Virus record (IMG/VR): IMGVR_UViG_3300046777_002520
Location: 96,001-160,000 of that record
DNA: 64,000 nt
From: a virus
Direction: 5' to 3' (one strand)
Part shown: positions 44,948-54,779 of the stretch, one piece after another
Position numbering within the stretch: position 1 is the first letter of the stretch
How the letters are laid out: every line of letters begins with the position of its first letter
Notes under the pieces: model-generated
Seen by the model: only the letters and a program-made list of their open reading frames with translations
Databases searched by the model: none
Told to the model about the DNA's origin: nothing
Translations under genes and position numbers: made by a program

Positions 44948-47572
44948 ATGGCCTCTCCTATCAAACTAGCCGAGATCTTGCAGTTCCTAATTGGCGAGAC
45001 AAAAAGGCTGGCGGCAAGAATTGACGGTGTGGACTACACCAACAATAACCTGCCAAAGAGAGACCCTAGCAATCAGTTAACCTCAAGTCGGACACCAGCT
45101 GGTATTTCATACCGGTTGGTGTCCGGTTCCATTATTGACACCATAGGAACCACTGGTTGGTACGGTGTTCAGACAGACGACAACATGAATGTCGCCTGTA
45201 ACGCCCTGAGCGAAACATCTCTGGCTCTGGTGGGCGTGAAGAAGATAGGAGCCATACAGCCAGGCTGCAGAGTCTTCGTCATCCTCAACGAGCAGCTACG
45301 GCACGGCACTATTATCGGTGTGATTCCTGTGGTGTCTCCTCCTGACGCCGTGAGAATCCACGACTATGTTTCTCAAGTGTCAACAAACAACATGCTCTTT
45401 GACACCTTCCTGGCGCATCACGCCTTCAGGGTGCCCAAGCCACTACAGTACGAAAACCACGCACCCATCGACGAGACTGCTCTCGGAGAATGGGGACGGA
45501 TCAACGAGTCTGGCGGTGCTGTGTTCCTGGACTCGTTCATGGCTTTTCTCAGGTCTGACGAGAACTGCGGATTCTGGGCGTTCTGGCACGACCAGCTGGC
45601 CCGAATGCAGGGCCACAACCTGCAGCTCAGATCACCAGCCCTGGACCTTTACGCCTTCGATGACGAGGACGAGCTCTCCATCATAAAAGGCGTCGCCACA
45701 TACCTGTGGGAGGCGCTTGGCAGGTTTGAGCCTGGCAAGATAGCCAACCTGCGCTCAGAGGAAGAAATCAACCAGGTGGTCAACGCCGAGTATGCGTTGG
45801 CAGACCCCATCGACAACGCACAGGTGCCTTTCCACAGGCTGCGAACGTTTGAAGGTTACCTGGGTCAGGGTTTCAAGAGACAGCTCAGGCTGCCTCCCCA
45901 GCAGCTGTCTGGTAACACGATCAACACGCTTACGGAGCCCAAGACAGGCCCGTCCGTCTGGGAAGAGCACCTGGCTCTGGACGGCAACTACCACATCGTT
46001 TCGTCTCAGGGCATATTTATCGCCCACGCGCCCGTGTTCCAAACGCCTGTGCAGAAGAAGCTGCCAGAAGATCCCACAGGGGATACAGCCAAGAGCGGTT
46101 ACTCCAGAGACAAGGCGAAGATCAAGCCAGGTCCAGACCGCAACACCAGGCTGGACGGCATCGGACCAGCCCTGACGGCCAACGACGAGCTCGCTTACGG
46201 CCTGCAGTGGCGGTCTGCGCATCCGTTTTACTACCGAGAGAAAGACTGGAAGATCGAAGAGGACAACAGGCAGCACATTCCTCCTGTGCCTGACTTCGGG
46301 ACGCTGAGAAACGCCCAGTACCTCAACAAGACGCAGCCAGAGCTGCTCAACGTGGACCAGCGTGAGCAGCAGGCCGAGTTTTACAAGACGCTCAGCTTCC
46401 TCTCCATCCTGCGCGACGGGACTGTGGTGATCGCTGGCCCAGGCGGCGAAGAGATCCGCATGGGTGGTGGCAACATCGAGATCAGCTGCCCAGGCGATAT
46501 ACAGCTGAGACCAGGGCGCAGCTGCGTGACTCTGGCAGGCAGGGACGCCATCGTCAGGGCCAACAAGAACGTTGAGCTGTCTGCCAACACGGAAGACGTG
46601 CGGATCAAGTCAGACAGAAACATGCAGATAATGGCTGGCAACTCGGGTGTCGGCGGGTTACTGCTGGAAAGCAGAAGCACAGGAGAGTTGCAGGATTACA
46701 CCAAGGTAGGCAGCGAAGTTGTCTCCAATGGCGTGACTATAAAAGCCAAGTCTTTTGTGTCTTGCCTTGGTAGAGACGTATACCTGAGAAGCCACGATAC
46801 AGGTTACGGCATAGGCCAGGTTATTATCGATGCAGGTGCTGGCGAAGGTAGCATCGTCACTACATCTAGAGACACAATTAACTACAACGTCAACAACATA
46901 CAGCAATACTTCGGACCTCCAGACGCACCGACAGGGGTTAACCAGTACACGGACACAATATCGCGGCTGGCTGGCGGTTTTGTCTGCAGCTACGGGTCTG
47001 TTGCTTATATTAACGGCGGTTTAGTAACAAAAGGCCAGGTAGCTATAATCGACGGTCACGTAGCCAGTACGGCTGACACGCCTTATGTCGGCACGATTAA
47101 GGGCGAGGCTCTTGATCAAGCCAGGGCTGCTTTTGAAGAGCTGGCGCAGCAGGAAGAGACATCCAAGCAGCAGGCTGCTGACAGCTACGAGACCTCCGTG
47201 ACCGAAAGGCTGCATGGCGAGAATAAAATAGGTAACGAGAAGGTTCTCAAGCAGATTGGCTTCTCGTTTAGGACGACTGATCAGTACAAGGCTGGCAACT
47301 TCACGCTCTTTGAAAGCCGATGGGCGCAGATAGCCAGAGGGTCTGGCCAGCCTTCGGTTTACTGGCAAGAGAAGATAGTCAAGGCAAACGAGCGCAACAC
47401 CATGCCGTATCCTGGCTTTGAGGCTTGGACAGGCAGCTCGGCTTATTGCAAAGTAGATAACAAGCTGTACACTGAAACAGGTCCAGAGCCTACTGGCAAG
47501 GTTTACGAAGACGCTCCAAGTTCAGAACAGTCGAAAACAGCTGCAGAAAACAGCTATCCTGTGATTGCTTGA
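44948..47572 (+). CDS. Baseplate central spike (gp5/VgrG-like)
   Basis: N-terminal OB-like segment (QPGCRVFVIL...GTIIGVIP) and beta-helix-like repeats (GGEEIRMGGGNIEISCPGDIQL). Confidence 0.6.
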   Translation: MASPIKLAEILQFLIGETKRLAARIDGVDYTNNNLPKRDPSNQLTSSRTPAGISYRLVSGSIIDTIGTTGWYGVQTDDNMNVACNALSETSLALVGVKKIGAIQPGCRVFVILNEQLRHGTIIGVIPVVSPPDAVRIHDYVSQVSTNNMLFDTFLAHHAFRVPKPLQYENHAPIDETALGEWGRINESGGAVFLDSFMAFLRSDENCGFWAFWHDQLARMQGHNLQLRSPALDLYAFDDEDELSIIKGVATYLWEALGRFEPGKIANLRSEEEINQVVNAEYALADPIDNAQVPFHRLRTFEGYLGQGFKRQLRLPPQQLSGNTINTLTEPKTGPSVWEEHLALDGNYHIVSSQGIFIAHAPVFQTPVQKKLPEDPTGDTAKSGYSRDKAKIKPGPDRNTRLDGIGPALTANDELAYGLQWRSAHPFYYREKDWKIEEDNRQHIPPVPDFGTLRNAQYLNKTQPELLNVDQREQQAEFYKTLSFLSILRDGTVVIAGPGGEEIRMGGGNIEISCPGDIQLRPGRSCVTLAGRDAIVRANKNVELSANTEDVRIKSDRNMQIMAGNSGVGGLLLESRSTGELQDYTKVGSEVVSNGVTIKAKSFVSCLGRDVYLRSHDTGYGIGQVIIDAGAGEGSIVTTSRDTINYNVNNIQQYFGPPDAPTGVNQYTDTISRLAGGFVCSYGSVAYINGGLVTKGQVAIIDGHVASTADTPYVGTIKGEALDQARAAFEELAQQEETSKQQAADSYETSVTERLHGENKIGNEKVLKQIGFSFRTTDQYKAGNFTLFESRWAQIARGSGQPSVYWQEKIVKANERNTMPYPGFEAWTGSSAYCKVDNKLYTETGPEPTGKVYEDAPSSEQSKTAAENSYPVIA

Positions 47573-47582
47573 AAGGGAAAAG

Positions 47583-48578
47583 ATGGATAAGCCAATCAAG
47601 AAACTGACTTCGTTCAAGAAGCTGCCTGCCGTTTCCCCAGCTTCCAAGCCAGAGATTACTCCGACGAGTGCTTCCGTGGCACCTGCTGAGAAGATGTCCA
47701 GCAAGGTCTCTCTGACGGAGTTTGAAAAGGAAGCGCTTAGCAAGCTTGGCGTTGAGGGAGACGTCACCGTACTGCCAGCCAACATCGCGGAGAAGATAGA
47801 GGCTGTCGGCGCAGGGCTGGGCAACACCATCAACTTCGACGATCTGCCAGAAGACAAGAAGAAGGAAATCGCTGAGTTTATCAAGCAAGCTCCTGCGCAG
47901 AAAGCTGAAGAAGCTTCCAACAACTTCAACGCGGTTTCTAGTGGTGTAAACATTCCCAAGCCCGTCATCATCGACGATCTGGAAGAAAAGGCCAAGGTTG
48001 AGAAAGAGCCAGAAGCGGAACTGCCACCTCTGAATGGCGCTTCCGTGATCTGCCCACACTGCGGCTGGGATACGCGCAAGGAAGACCTGACCGAAGTCAC
48101 CAAAGAAGACAAGATAAACTTTGTTCAGACCGTCCTTGGCGGTCTCAGGTTCAAGAAAACCTACGAGCTGTTTGGCGGTAAGCTGCGTGTCACTTTCAGG
48201 ACTCTCACCACGGCAGAGTCCGACATGGCTTACAAGCAGATAATCACAGACTCGCAGAAAGACATCAGAAACTACTCGATAGGAGACACGTCTTTCTACT
48301 GGAAGACGCTTATGGCTTACAGAGCCGTCATGGCTATCGAAAAGGTGGAAAGCGATTACAACGTCGTGGAAGTGCCGCCTATTGCTGAGATCGACGTTGA
48401 TCCACCAGAAGGGGCGAACACCAAAGTATTTGCTGTTTTCGATAGCCTCGTTGAGCAGATTATGCCCAACGAAGCTATGCGAAACGCCATCGCTCACACG
48501 TACACAGAATTTAACTCACTGTGTGAAAAACTTCAATCCATGGCTGAATCAAAGGATTTTTGGAACGCGATCAAATAG
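47583..48578 (+). CDS. Tail assembly chaperone (G-like)
   Basis: GAAAGGG SD before ATG 47583; CPHCG; acidic; lies upstream of the tape measure gene. Confidence 0.65.
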   Translation: MDKPIKKLTSFKKLPAVSPASKPEITPTSASVAPAEKMSSKVSLTEFEKEALSKLGVEGDVTVLPANIAEKIEAVGAGLGNTINFDDLPEDKKKEIAEFIKQAPAQKAEEASNNFNAVSSGVNIPKPVIIDDLEEKAKVEKEPEAELPPLNGASVICPHCGWDTRKEDLTEVTKEDKINFVQTVLGGLRFKKTYELFGGKLRVTFRTLTTAESDMAYKQIITDSQKDIRNYSIGDTSFYWKTLMAYRAVMAIEKVESDYNVVEVPPIAEIDVDPPEGANTKVFAVFDSLVEQIMPNEAMRNAIAHTYTEFNSLCEKLQSMAESKDFWNAIK

Positions 48579-48952
48579 CGTCCCTGTTTACAGGGATGGC
48601 AGTCGATGGCGTTGTAGACTTCTCCAAAGCCAATCTATCTGATCGCAACTGGAACATTCGACTGCTGTTGCTATCTAGGGCATACAAGAATAGCAAAGAA
48701 GCAGCCTATCTGGCTATGTGCTTCCAGCGAACCGTTGCTGGCATTGGCTACGGTAATGCTGAATTTGCCAAGAAGTGTATAGAGCATTCTGAAGAGCTTG
48801 TTGACAAGTTCAACAAGCTGAATATGCCTTGGCTTGATACAGACACAGCCCCAAAAACTAAATACAATGAGTATTTAAGTGCTATAGAAGAATACAAGAG
48901 ACGCTTTGGCAACGAGAATAAAGACGCCTCCAATGCCCAAGAGGGTAAATAA
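48548..48952 (+). CDS. Tail assembly chaperone second frame (T-like), probably reached by -1 frameshift
   Basis: -1 frame is open from 48548, overlaps the G-like ORF end and includes G GAT TTT (48554-48560). Confidence 0.6.
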   Translation: MKGFLERDQIASLFTGMAVDGVVDFSKANLSDRNWNIRLLLLSRAYKNSKEAAYLAMCFQRTVAGIGYGNAEFAKKCIEHSEELVDKFNKLNMPWLDTDTAPKTKYNEYLSAIEEYKRRFGNENKDASNAQEGK

Positions 48953-48954
48953 CC

Positions 48955-51795
48955 TTGGAGCAAGACAGCCCAAATAGTTTAGCTGCCCTAGCGGCCATGT
49001 TCGGCGGTCCTGGAACTATGTTCACAGGTACGCCTAATACGCCTGCTCCTACGTTTAACGTGGGCGAGGCTTTCGGCCTGCAAGGCCCGTCAGCGATGCT
49101 GGCCAACATGGCCGTGCAGTCGTTTATACCCTCGTTTTTTGGCAACAAGGGAGACGTATTCGGACAGTTCTCGCCAAAGATAGGTTTTGGTGAGCAGCTG
49201 CGTAGGCAGAACGCCTACTCTATGCAGCAAGAGGTTGTGGCCGACGCCTCCAAGCTCGACGAGGCTACTTATCAGAAGATGCTTGAAGGTATAGCCAACC
49301 TTCACGGAACACCTTTTGGCGAAAGAGAGAAAAAAGCAGCTGCTACTAACGCTAGAGACATGGCTTCGTTCATGTCTCTGGCAGCTCAGGTCAGGCCAGA
49401 CTTTGTTGATCAGGTGCACGGGACACGTGGCTCGGTAACCGTTATGGCCAACCGCATGGCCAGCGCTTCCAGATACATGCAGGACCCTACCACTGGGGCT
49501 ATAGGCTTAAGCAAAGAAAGCCTGAGCAACCTTGTCAACACGTTCAACGAATCGATGTTCGGGCCAAATGCCGATCTGTCAAGAATGCGTGGCATCTCGG
49601 CTGGTCAGGCTGGGGCCATGTTCGACCAGATGACCAGACGTGGCCTTCTGGGCAGCTCGATGCCTGACCTTGAGCAAGTGGCCAAAGAGCAGGGCAAGAC
49701 CATCGAGGAGCTGTCGAAGCTTCCAGACTTCAGCGCCAAAGTCCAGCAGTTCCAGGCCAACAGAACGGCTGACAGGCTTAAAGCCATGACTGGCGCTGTC
49801 TCCGCGATGAAGGATATCTTTGGCGAGAACGGGCAAGCCAATGCCCCTATGGAGCAGATATTCAATGCCCTGCAGCAGGTGACGCAGAACAAGCTGGGCA
49901 CAATGAGCGGTGCCGAGATCGAGAAGACTGTCCGAGATATGAGTAACGCTTCCAAGATGGCTGGCCTAGACATGCAGGGCATGATGCGAGTCAACGCCAT
50001 GGCTGGTCAGGCCACCGATAGACTGGGTTTAGACAGGTCTTTTGCTCCAAAGATCGCCACAGGAGCTATGACATACGCTGCGGCTTACGGAAGCCAGACA
50101 GGCAACATGCGCGCTTTCGGCATGTTTGACAAGGAGAAGATGCTGCAGGTCGGCGCTAACATGCAGGCGGCTGCCACGGGCAGTACCGAAGCCAACGAAG
50201 CTGCCGCACTTCTGCGTTTAGAGCGCTCAGGTGCGCTCGATCTCGGCAAGTCGCCAGAGCTGGCTGACTATCTGAATAAGATCAAATCTGGTGAGCGCGT
50301 TGAGCCGATAAGCAGCAGCAAGCTCAGAAGCATGGTCAGTCAGGCTGGCGTCACAGACGCCCAGTTCACGGCGTTTGCTGCTCAGAGGGAGCAGAACCAG
50401 GCCCTAATCTCTGAACGAGACCTGGGACGTGTTGTGGGACAGCAGGCGTTTACTAAACAAGCCAGGGCCATGGTCGGACGAGGTTTGATGTCGGGGCTTA
50501 CCCAGACAGGTCTCAAGACAGACCCAGACGCAGGCAAGGCGTTCATATCCAGCGTTGTTGAAGATATCTCCAACTTTACTTCGGAGCAGCGAGAGGAGTT
50601 CGCTAAAGGAAACTTCAAACCTTTCCTGGACAAAGTCAGAGCCAACTACAAGGCATCCACTGGCAAAGAGATGTCGGAAAAAGAAGCCTCTATGTTCTTG
50701 GAGTACGGCACAGGTCAAATAACAAGGGCGGCCGCTCGTCGTGGTTATGGTAGGGATGTGAATCTCATCAACATGATCAGCAAGAATGTGTTGCAGGACC
50801 AGGACCTGCGCGAGCAACAGGTGCAGGCAACTTCAGAATTCGATAAGGCTTTGTCTAAATTCGGTCGCGGTACGCCCACGCAACGTTTTGCAGACGCGCT
50901 GATGCGCGGAAAGCCAAACCAGACAGTCGGGGAGTTTGTCCGAGACGTGTTTGGAGCCGTGCCTCAGGACCAGCTCAGAGCGGCGTTGGCTCAGGGTCTG
51001 GAAAAAGACGTTCAAGACTTTCAAGCCATCAACAACAGAGACACCATAAAAGACACAGGCACGCTTCTAACCACGGCAAGTGCTGGCAAGCTTAACAATC
51101 TGACAAAAGAGCAACAGGCCGAGCTGGACGTAATAAAGAAGACATACGGTCTAAGCGATGACGATCTTAAAAACATGAAAGGCTTGGATCAGAGAGGCAT
51201 AATAAGGAAGCTTAACTACAAAGGAAATCTGTCAAAAGCTGCTGTTCTGGACAAAATAGACAAAACTTTTGTGGACACAGGTATTTCCAAGCTAGAGCCT
51301 CCTCCAGTGCCACAGCAGGGCGCGCAGCCTGCAGCTCAACCAGGAACACCTCCTGGAACGCCACCTGGAACATCTCCTGGAACGCCACCTGGAACACCGC
51401 CAGTGCCTGCTCAGACGGGGCCTGGGTTTTTCTCCAACATTGTCAACGACGCCGTGTCGGCTTTAAGTTCTGTAATACCTGGGCAGGCAGGAAAGCCTAC
51501 CAACGCAGCAGCTGGCTCTAGTGCGACAGATAAGGATAAACCCTCCACTTTTGGAGATTTGTTTAAGTCTTTCGATCTGAGCAAGATATCTACGGAGACT
51601 ATAAAGCAGTATGCCTCTGGAGGCGGGCTTCTCGGCATGTTCTCCAAAGCAGAAAAGCAAAAACAGGAAGAGGCAGAGAAATCTGCAGCCAAGGTTCAAA
51701 CTGTGCGACTTGAAGGCGGTACAGAGCTCACAGGTCGTCTGAACATCGTGTCTGAAGAAATCATGATGAAGATACCACAGACACAAAAGATTTGA
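48955..51795 (+). CDS. Tape measure protein
   Basis: 946 aa Ala/Gly/Gln/Met-rich helical protein after the chaperones; TTG start; PGTP repeat near the C-terminus. Confidence 0.75.
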   Translation: MEQDSPNSLAALAAMFGGPGTMFTGTPNTPAPTFNVGEAFGLQGPSAMLANMAVQSFIPSFFGNKGDVFGQFSPKIGFGEQLRRQNAYSMQQEVVADASKLDEATYQKMLEGIANLHGTPFGEREKKAAATNARDMASFMSLAAQVRPDFVDQVHGTRGSVTVMANRMASASRYMQDPTTGAIGLSKESLSNLVNTFNESMFGPNADLSRMRGISAGQAGAMFDQMTRRGLLGSSMPDLEQVAKEQGKTIEELSKLPDFSAKVQQFQANRTADRLKAMTGAVSAMKDIFGENGQANAPMEQIFNALQQVTQNKLGTMSGAEIEKTVRDMSNASKMAGLDMQGMMRVNAMAGQATDRLGLDRSFAPKIATGAMTYAAAYGSQTGNMRAFGMFDKEKMLQVGANMQAAATGSTEANEAAALLRLERSGALDLGKSPELADYLNKIKSGERVEPISSSKLRSMVSQAGVTDAQFTAFAAQREQNQALISERDLGRVVGQQAFTKQARAMVGRGLMSGLTQTGLKTDPDAGKAFISSVVEDISNFTSEQREEFAKGNFKPFLDKVRANYKASTGKEMSEKEASMFLEYGTGQITRAAARRGYGRDVNLINMISKNVLQDQDLREQQVQATSEFDKALSKFGRGTPTQRFADALMRGKPNQTVGEFVRDVFGAVPQDQLRAALAQGLEKDVQDFQAINNRDTIKDTGTLLTTASAGKLNNLTKEQQAELDVIKKTYGLSDDDLKNMKGLDQRGIIRKLNYKGNLSKAAVLDKIDKTFVDTGISKLEPPPVPQQGAQPAAQPGTPPGTPPGTSPGTPPGTPPVPAQTGPGFFSNIVNDAVSALSSVIPGQAGKPTNAAAGSSATDKDKPSTFGDLFKSFDLSKISTETIKQYASGGGLLGMFSKAEKQKQEEAEKSAAKVQTVRLEGGTELTGRLNIVSEEIMMKIPQTQKI

Positions 51796-51805
51796 GGTTT
51801 AAACC

Positions 51806-52300
51806 ATGGCTCTAAACATGCAGTTTGACCCTTCAGTCTTTTTAAGCTCAGAAGGTTGCGTTGCTGTTCTGTCTGGCAACGCTCAGAACGCTGGATTCAG
51901 TATCAGCGTGTCGTCCTTGAGCGCGGATTCTGCTTATGACAATTTAAAGTCCATTGTCACATCGGTAACGATGAACGAGTCGGCTAACGTGCAATTCACG
52001 CCGACTTTAGACAAATCTATATTCATGTATGTGTTTGGAGACCAGATCTCTACTCTAGACGTTTCTGGGGTTTGCTTCCTAGCGCCCCAGAAGAACGGCG
52101 TGTCTGGCGTAGCGGCTATGAAAGACTTCTACAAAGGCAACAAGGTCTCCACGTCTGGCAGTCCTGTCGGCGTGACCATCAGCTCAGGTGGAGGTCCAGG
52201 ATTGTCGTTCAACGCGTTCCTCACGGGTGGAACGTTCTCGGCAAACGATCCGCAAAACATGCTTGGAAGCTTTTCCCTGAAGCTGAGCTACCTCCCATGA
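51806..52300 (+). CDS. Tube-initiator / baseplate protein
   Basis: Tube-like pattern (NVQFTPTLDKSIFMYVFGDQISTLDVSG); follows the tape measure gene. Confidence 0.55.
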   Translation: MALNMQFDPSVFLSSEGCVAVLSGNAQNAGFSISVSSLSADSAYDNLKSIVTSVTMNESANVQFTPTLDKSIFMYVFGDQISTLDVSGVCFLAPQKNGVSGVAAMKDFYKGNKVSTSGSPVGVTISSGGGPGLSFNAFLTGGTFSANDPQNMLGSFSLKLSYLP

Positions 52301-53169
52301 TAAACCACATAAGAACCCTGCTTCTTGACGAAGAAGGCTCCAACAAGCCTGGCAACAGCTACCCCCTAGAGGAGTTTGTGCCCACAGCCTTCAAGCCTGC
52401 CAGAATGCCGTTCGAGCTCAGAAAGGTGTGGAACACTCTGTTTGGCAACAAGCCTGACAGGGCTTACAAGAACTGGAGACTTTCCCAGCTGAGCGAGCTG
52501 GCCCAAGCTTCAGACCTGCTGGAGCATTGGCAGACCTTCGATAAAAGAATCACCCACTTTGACAAGCCTTCTGGCGACTACTCGAAAGAGTACGGGAAAG
52601 TCTTAGCGTCAAGAGTCCAGAACGGCGCTGTTGTAAGCATTGTCATGGCTTATGCCAATGGCGTCATCTCGGTCCTGCCCAGCGAGCAGTCTGTCAACCA
52701 GACAAACAACCAAGAAGACTTGGGACTGCTGTTCACGGGCAAGATACTTGCTGACGAAGTTCTTGGCAGGTCTTACTCGGTGTGGCAGCTGGATTTGAAT
52801 GCTGACAACTACCTGGACATCAAAAACCTGACTGACTCGATGATTCAGGAGTCACAGCAGCTCTCCTTCACACAAGGGCTGTCCCAGGCTGTGACGCTGA
52901 AAGGCACTGGCTTGGACCTGAAGTTCAAGAACGCAGGCCCAGCCAGCTGGACATTCGACATCATCGCCAGACCCAGCAAAGACATAGGCGTGGTGCTGGC
53001 CAATCTGGACAACCTGCCAAGGTACGAGCTTGAGACTTTTTTTGCAGGCAAGCACAAGGACCTGGCCAAGTTCAAAGACTACTGGTTCAAAAACGACGAG
53101 CTGTGCGAGCGCATGACGGCCATCTCGCTCGCTCTGGCTTACAAGCTAGAAGAAAGGCGTGAAGGATAA
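52297..53169 (+). CDS. Baseplate-region hypothetical protein (290 aa)
   Basis: ATGA coupling at 52297 (3' part of track ORF 52072-53169). Confidence 0.7.
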   Translation: MINHIRTLLLDEEGSNKPGNSYPLEEFVPTAFKPARMPFELRKVWNTLFGNKPDRAYKNWRLSQLSELAQASDLLEHWQTFDKRITHFDKPSGDYSKEYGKVLASRVQNGAVVSIVMAYANGVISVLPSEQSVNQTNNQEDLGLLFTGKILADEVLGRSYSVWQLDLNADNYLDIKNLTDSMIQESQQLSFTQGLSQAVTLKGTGLDLKFKNAGPASWTFDIIARPSKDIGVVLANLDNLPRYELETFFAGKHKDLAKFKDYWFKNDELCERMTAISLALAYKLEERREG

Positions 53170-54779
53170 TGGCGTCAGACAACAGCATCCAGTTATACGA
53201 CATTGAAGCTTACCTGGCGCTGAGTCTTCCAGGTGCTTCAAGCAGTACCAATCTGCCCCTGACGAGGTTCTCTGCCCAGTTTCCGATCAACAGCATTCCC
53301 CAAGCTAGCTGCTCGGTTGCTTTGGGTATCAATCTGGCTGATTCCAATCCGTCTGGGATACACAACATTCTGAGAGGGCAGCTGCAGTATCGCATACCAG
53401 CCAAGGTATATGCGAAAGTCAAACTGGCTTACGAAGAGAACAACGCTAACTTAAAGATAACTAAAGATAAAATCTTTGATGGCAGACTTTTTGTTTTGTT
53501 TGATGGCTACATGTCTGGCTCAGGTTACAGACGCTCAGGCAGCACTATCGAGTACACGGTCTCTCTGGAGCACTGGTTGTCTGACCTGGCTGTAGCTTCT
53601 GGCATGAGCCAGGACATTCAGCCAGGAACGGCTGATGACTTTGTCTTTCCAGCCACTTACTACGATCCTGTGCTTGTTGACGCTGGAGTTATCCTGCCAA
53701 CTGACGCGGCTGAGGAGGCCTTGGCTGCGATCATCTCAGACGATGTTTGGTTTGGCATAAAAGCTTTCTTCACAGAACTGTGCTTGAAGGCTAAGCCTGT
53801 AGGTGTTGATGACATCTATCAGAGTGGAGGGTTCAGGGACAACAAGCCTGCTGCCGATGCCCTTGGAAAGTTTCTTGAGCAGAAACCTTACCAAAGCATG
53901 ACGCTAAAAGGAGTAACTCCTGGCATAGCTAACTCTATACAAGACACAATCAGAGCAAAAGCTGAGAGCACGTATGTAGGAAACTCCATATGGGACAATC
54001 TGATTATCTTCTCCTCAGCCCTTTTGTTTAATGTCGTGCCTTTGATTGAAAAAGCTGTGATAGGTCAGAAGAACCCCAACCTCAGAGGCACCTACAAGAC
54101 CATAGACGCTGGAGAAGTGTTCAGCTTCGACCTGTCTACGAATATGCCTAAGTTTATATCTGGCATTGTGCTCAAGAACCATCAAGCTGCTGGGTTTACC
54201 TTCTACACGGCTCAGTCAGCCGAACCAGGACTGTCCAAAAGGAATCTGGTTGTCGGTTCTTACTTCGCAGAGAACCAAGTTGGCACTGTGGCCTTCCAGA
54301 TGAGCCCTGAGTGGCTTATAGAGCCAGCCACTCCAGACGACGAACCTGTGGTACCTCCCCCCATGGCTGCGAAACAGCCAAACGGAGCAGCCCAAGCCAA
54401 CGGACAGCAGGCAGCAAGGGACATGCGCAGCTTCGCTGACAAGTTTGCCCAGGCCATGTACGGCAACGAGGTGCTCAAGTATCGAAACGGACAGCTCGCT
54501 GGCAGACTAAGGCTGGACATCTCTCCTGGATCGATAATCAAGATCGAGGCCTCGACAAATGCCACAGTCAAGAATGACAACCTGAACAACACGATTGTCG
54601 CTCACGTCGATAGCGTCGGCATATACCTGGACGCTGCTGCTGGACAAGCTTCAACGTCTTTCGGCCTGTCGAGTATCAGGTATGAGCAAGAGAACGCTTC
54701 TGGTAACTTAACTATTGACAGCAATCCTATGTACGTAGGCAGCTTCAACGGTGCTCCTTTACACTTAGGTAACCTGTGA
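53169..54779 (+). CDS. Baseplate hub protein (gp27 / Mu gp44-like)
   Basis: LFDGYMSG...YTVSLEHWLSDL; GRLRLDISPGSIIKI; position in the module. Confidence 0.6.
   Translation: MASDNSIQLYDIEAYLALSLPGASSSTNLPLTRFSAQFPINSIPQASCSVALGINLADSNPSGIHNILRGQLQYRIPAKVYAKVKLAYEENNANLKITKDKIFDGRLFVLFDGYMSGSGYRRSGSTIEYTVSLEHWLSDLAVASGMSQDIQPGTADDFVFPATYYDPVLVDAGVILPTDAAEEALAAIISDDVWFGIKAFFTELCLKAKPVGVDDIYQSGGFRDNKPAADALGKFLEQKPYQSMTLKGVTPGIANSIQDTIRAKAESTYVGNSIWDNLIIFSSALLFNVVPLIEKAVIGQKNPNLRGTYKTIDAGEVFSFDLSTNMPKFISGIVLKNHQAAGFTFYTAQSAEPGLSKRNLVVGSYFAENQVGTVAFQMSPEWLIEPATPDDEPVVPPPMAAKQPNGAAQANGQQAARDMRSFADKFAQAMYGNEVLKYRNGQLAGRLRLDISPGSIIKIEASTNATVKNDNLNNTIVAHVDSVGIYLDAAAGQASTSFGLSSIRYEQENASGNLTIDSNPMYVGSFNGAPLHLGNL

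Noticed and set aside
51335-51400. PGTP repeat in the tape measure gene as a distinct element
   Set aside because: It is a short low-complexity coding linker, with no evidence of independent function.
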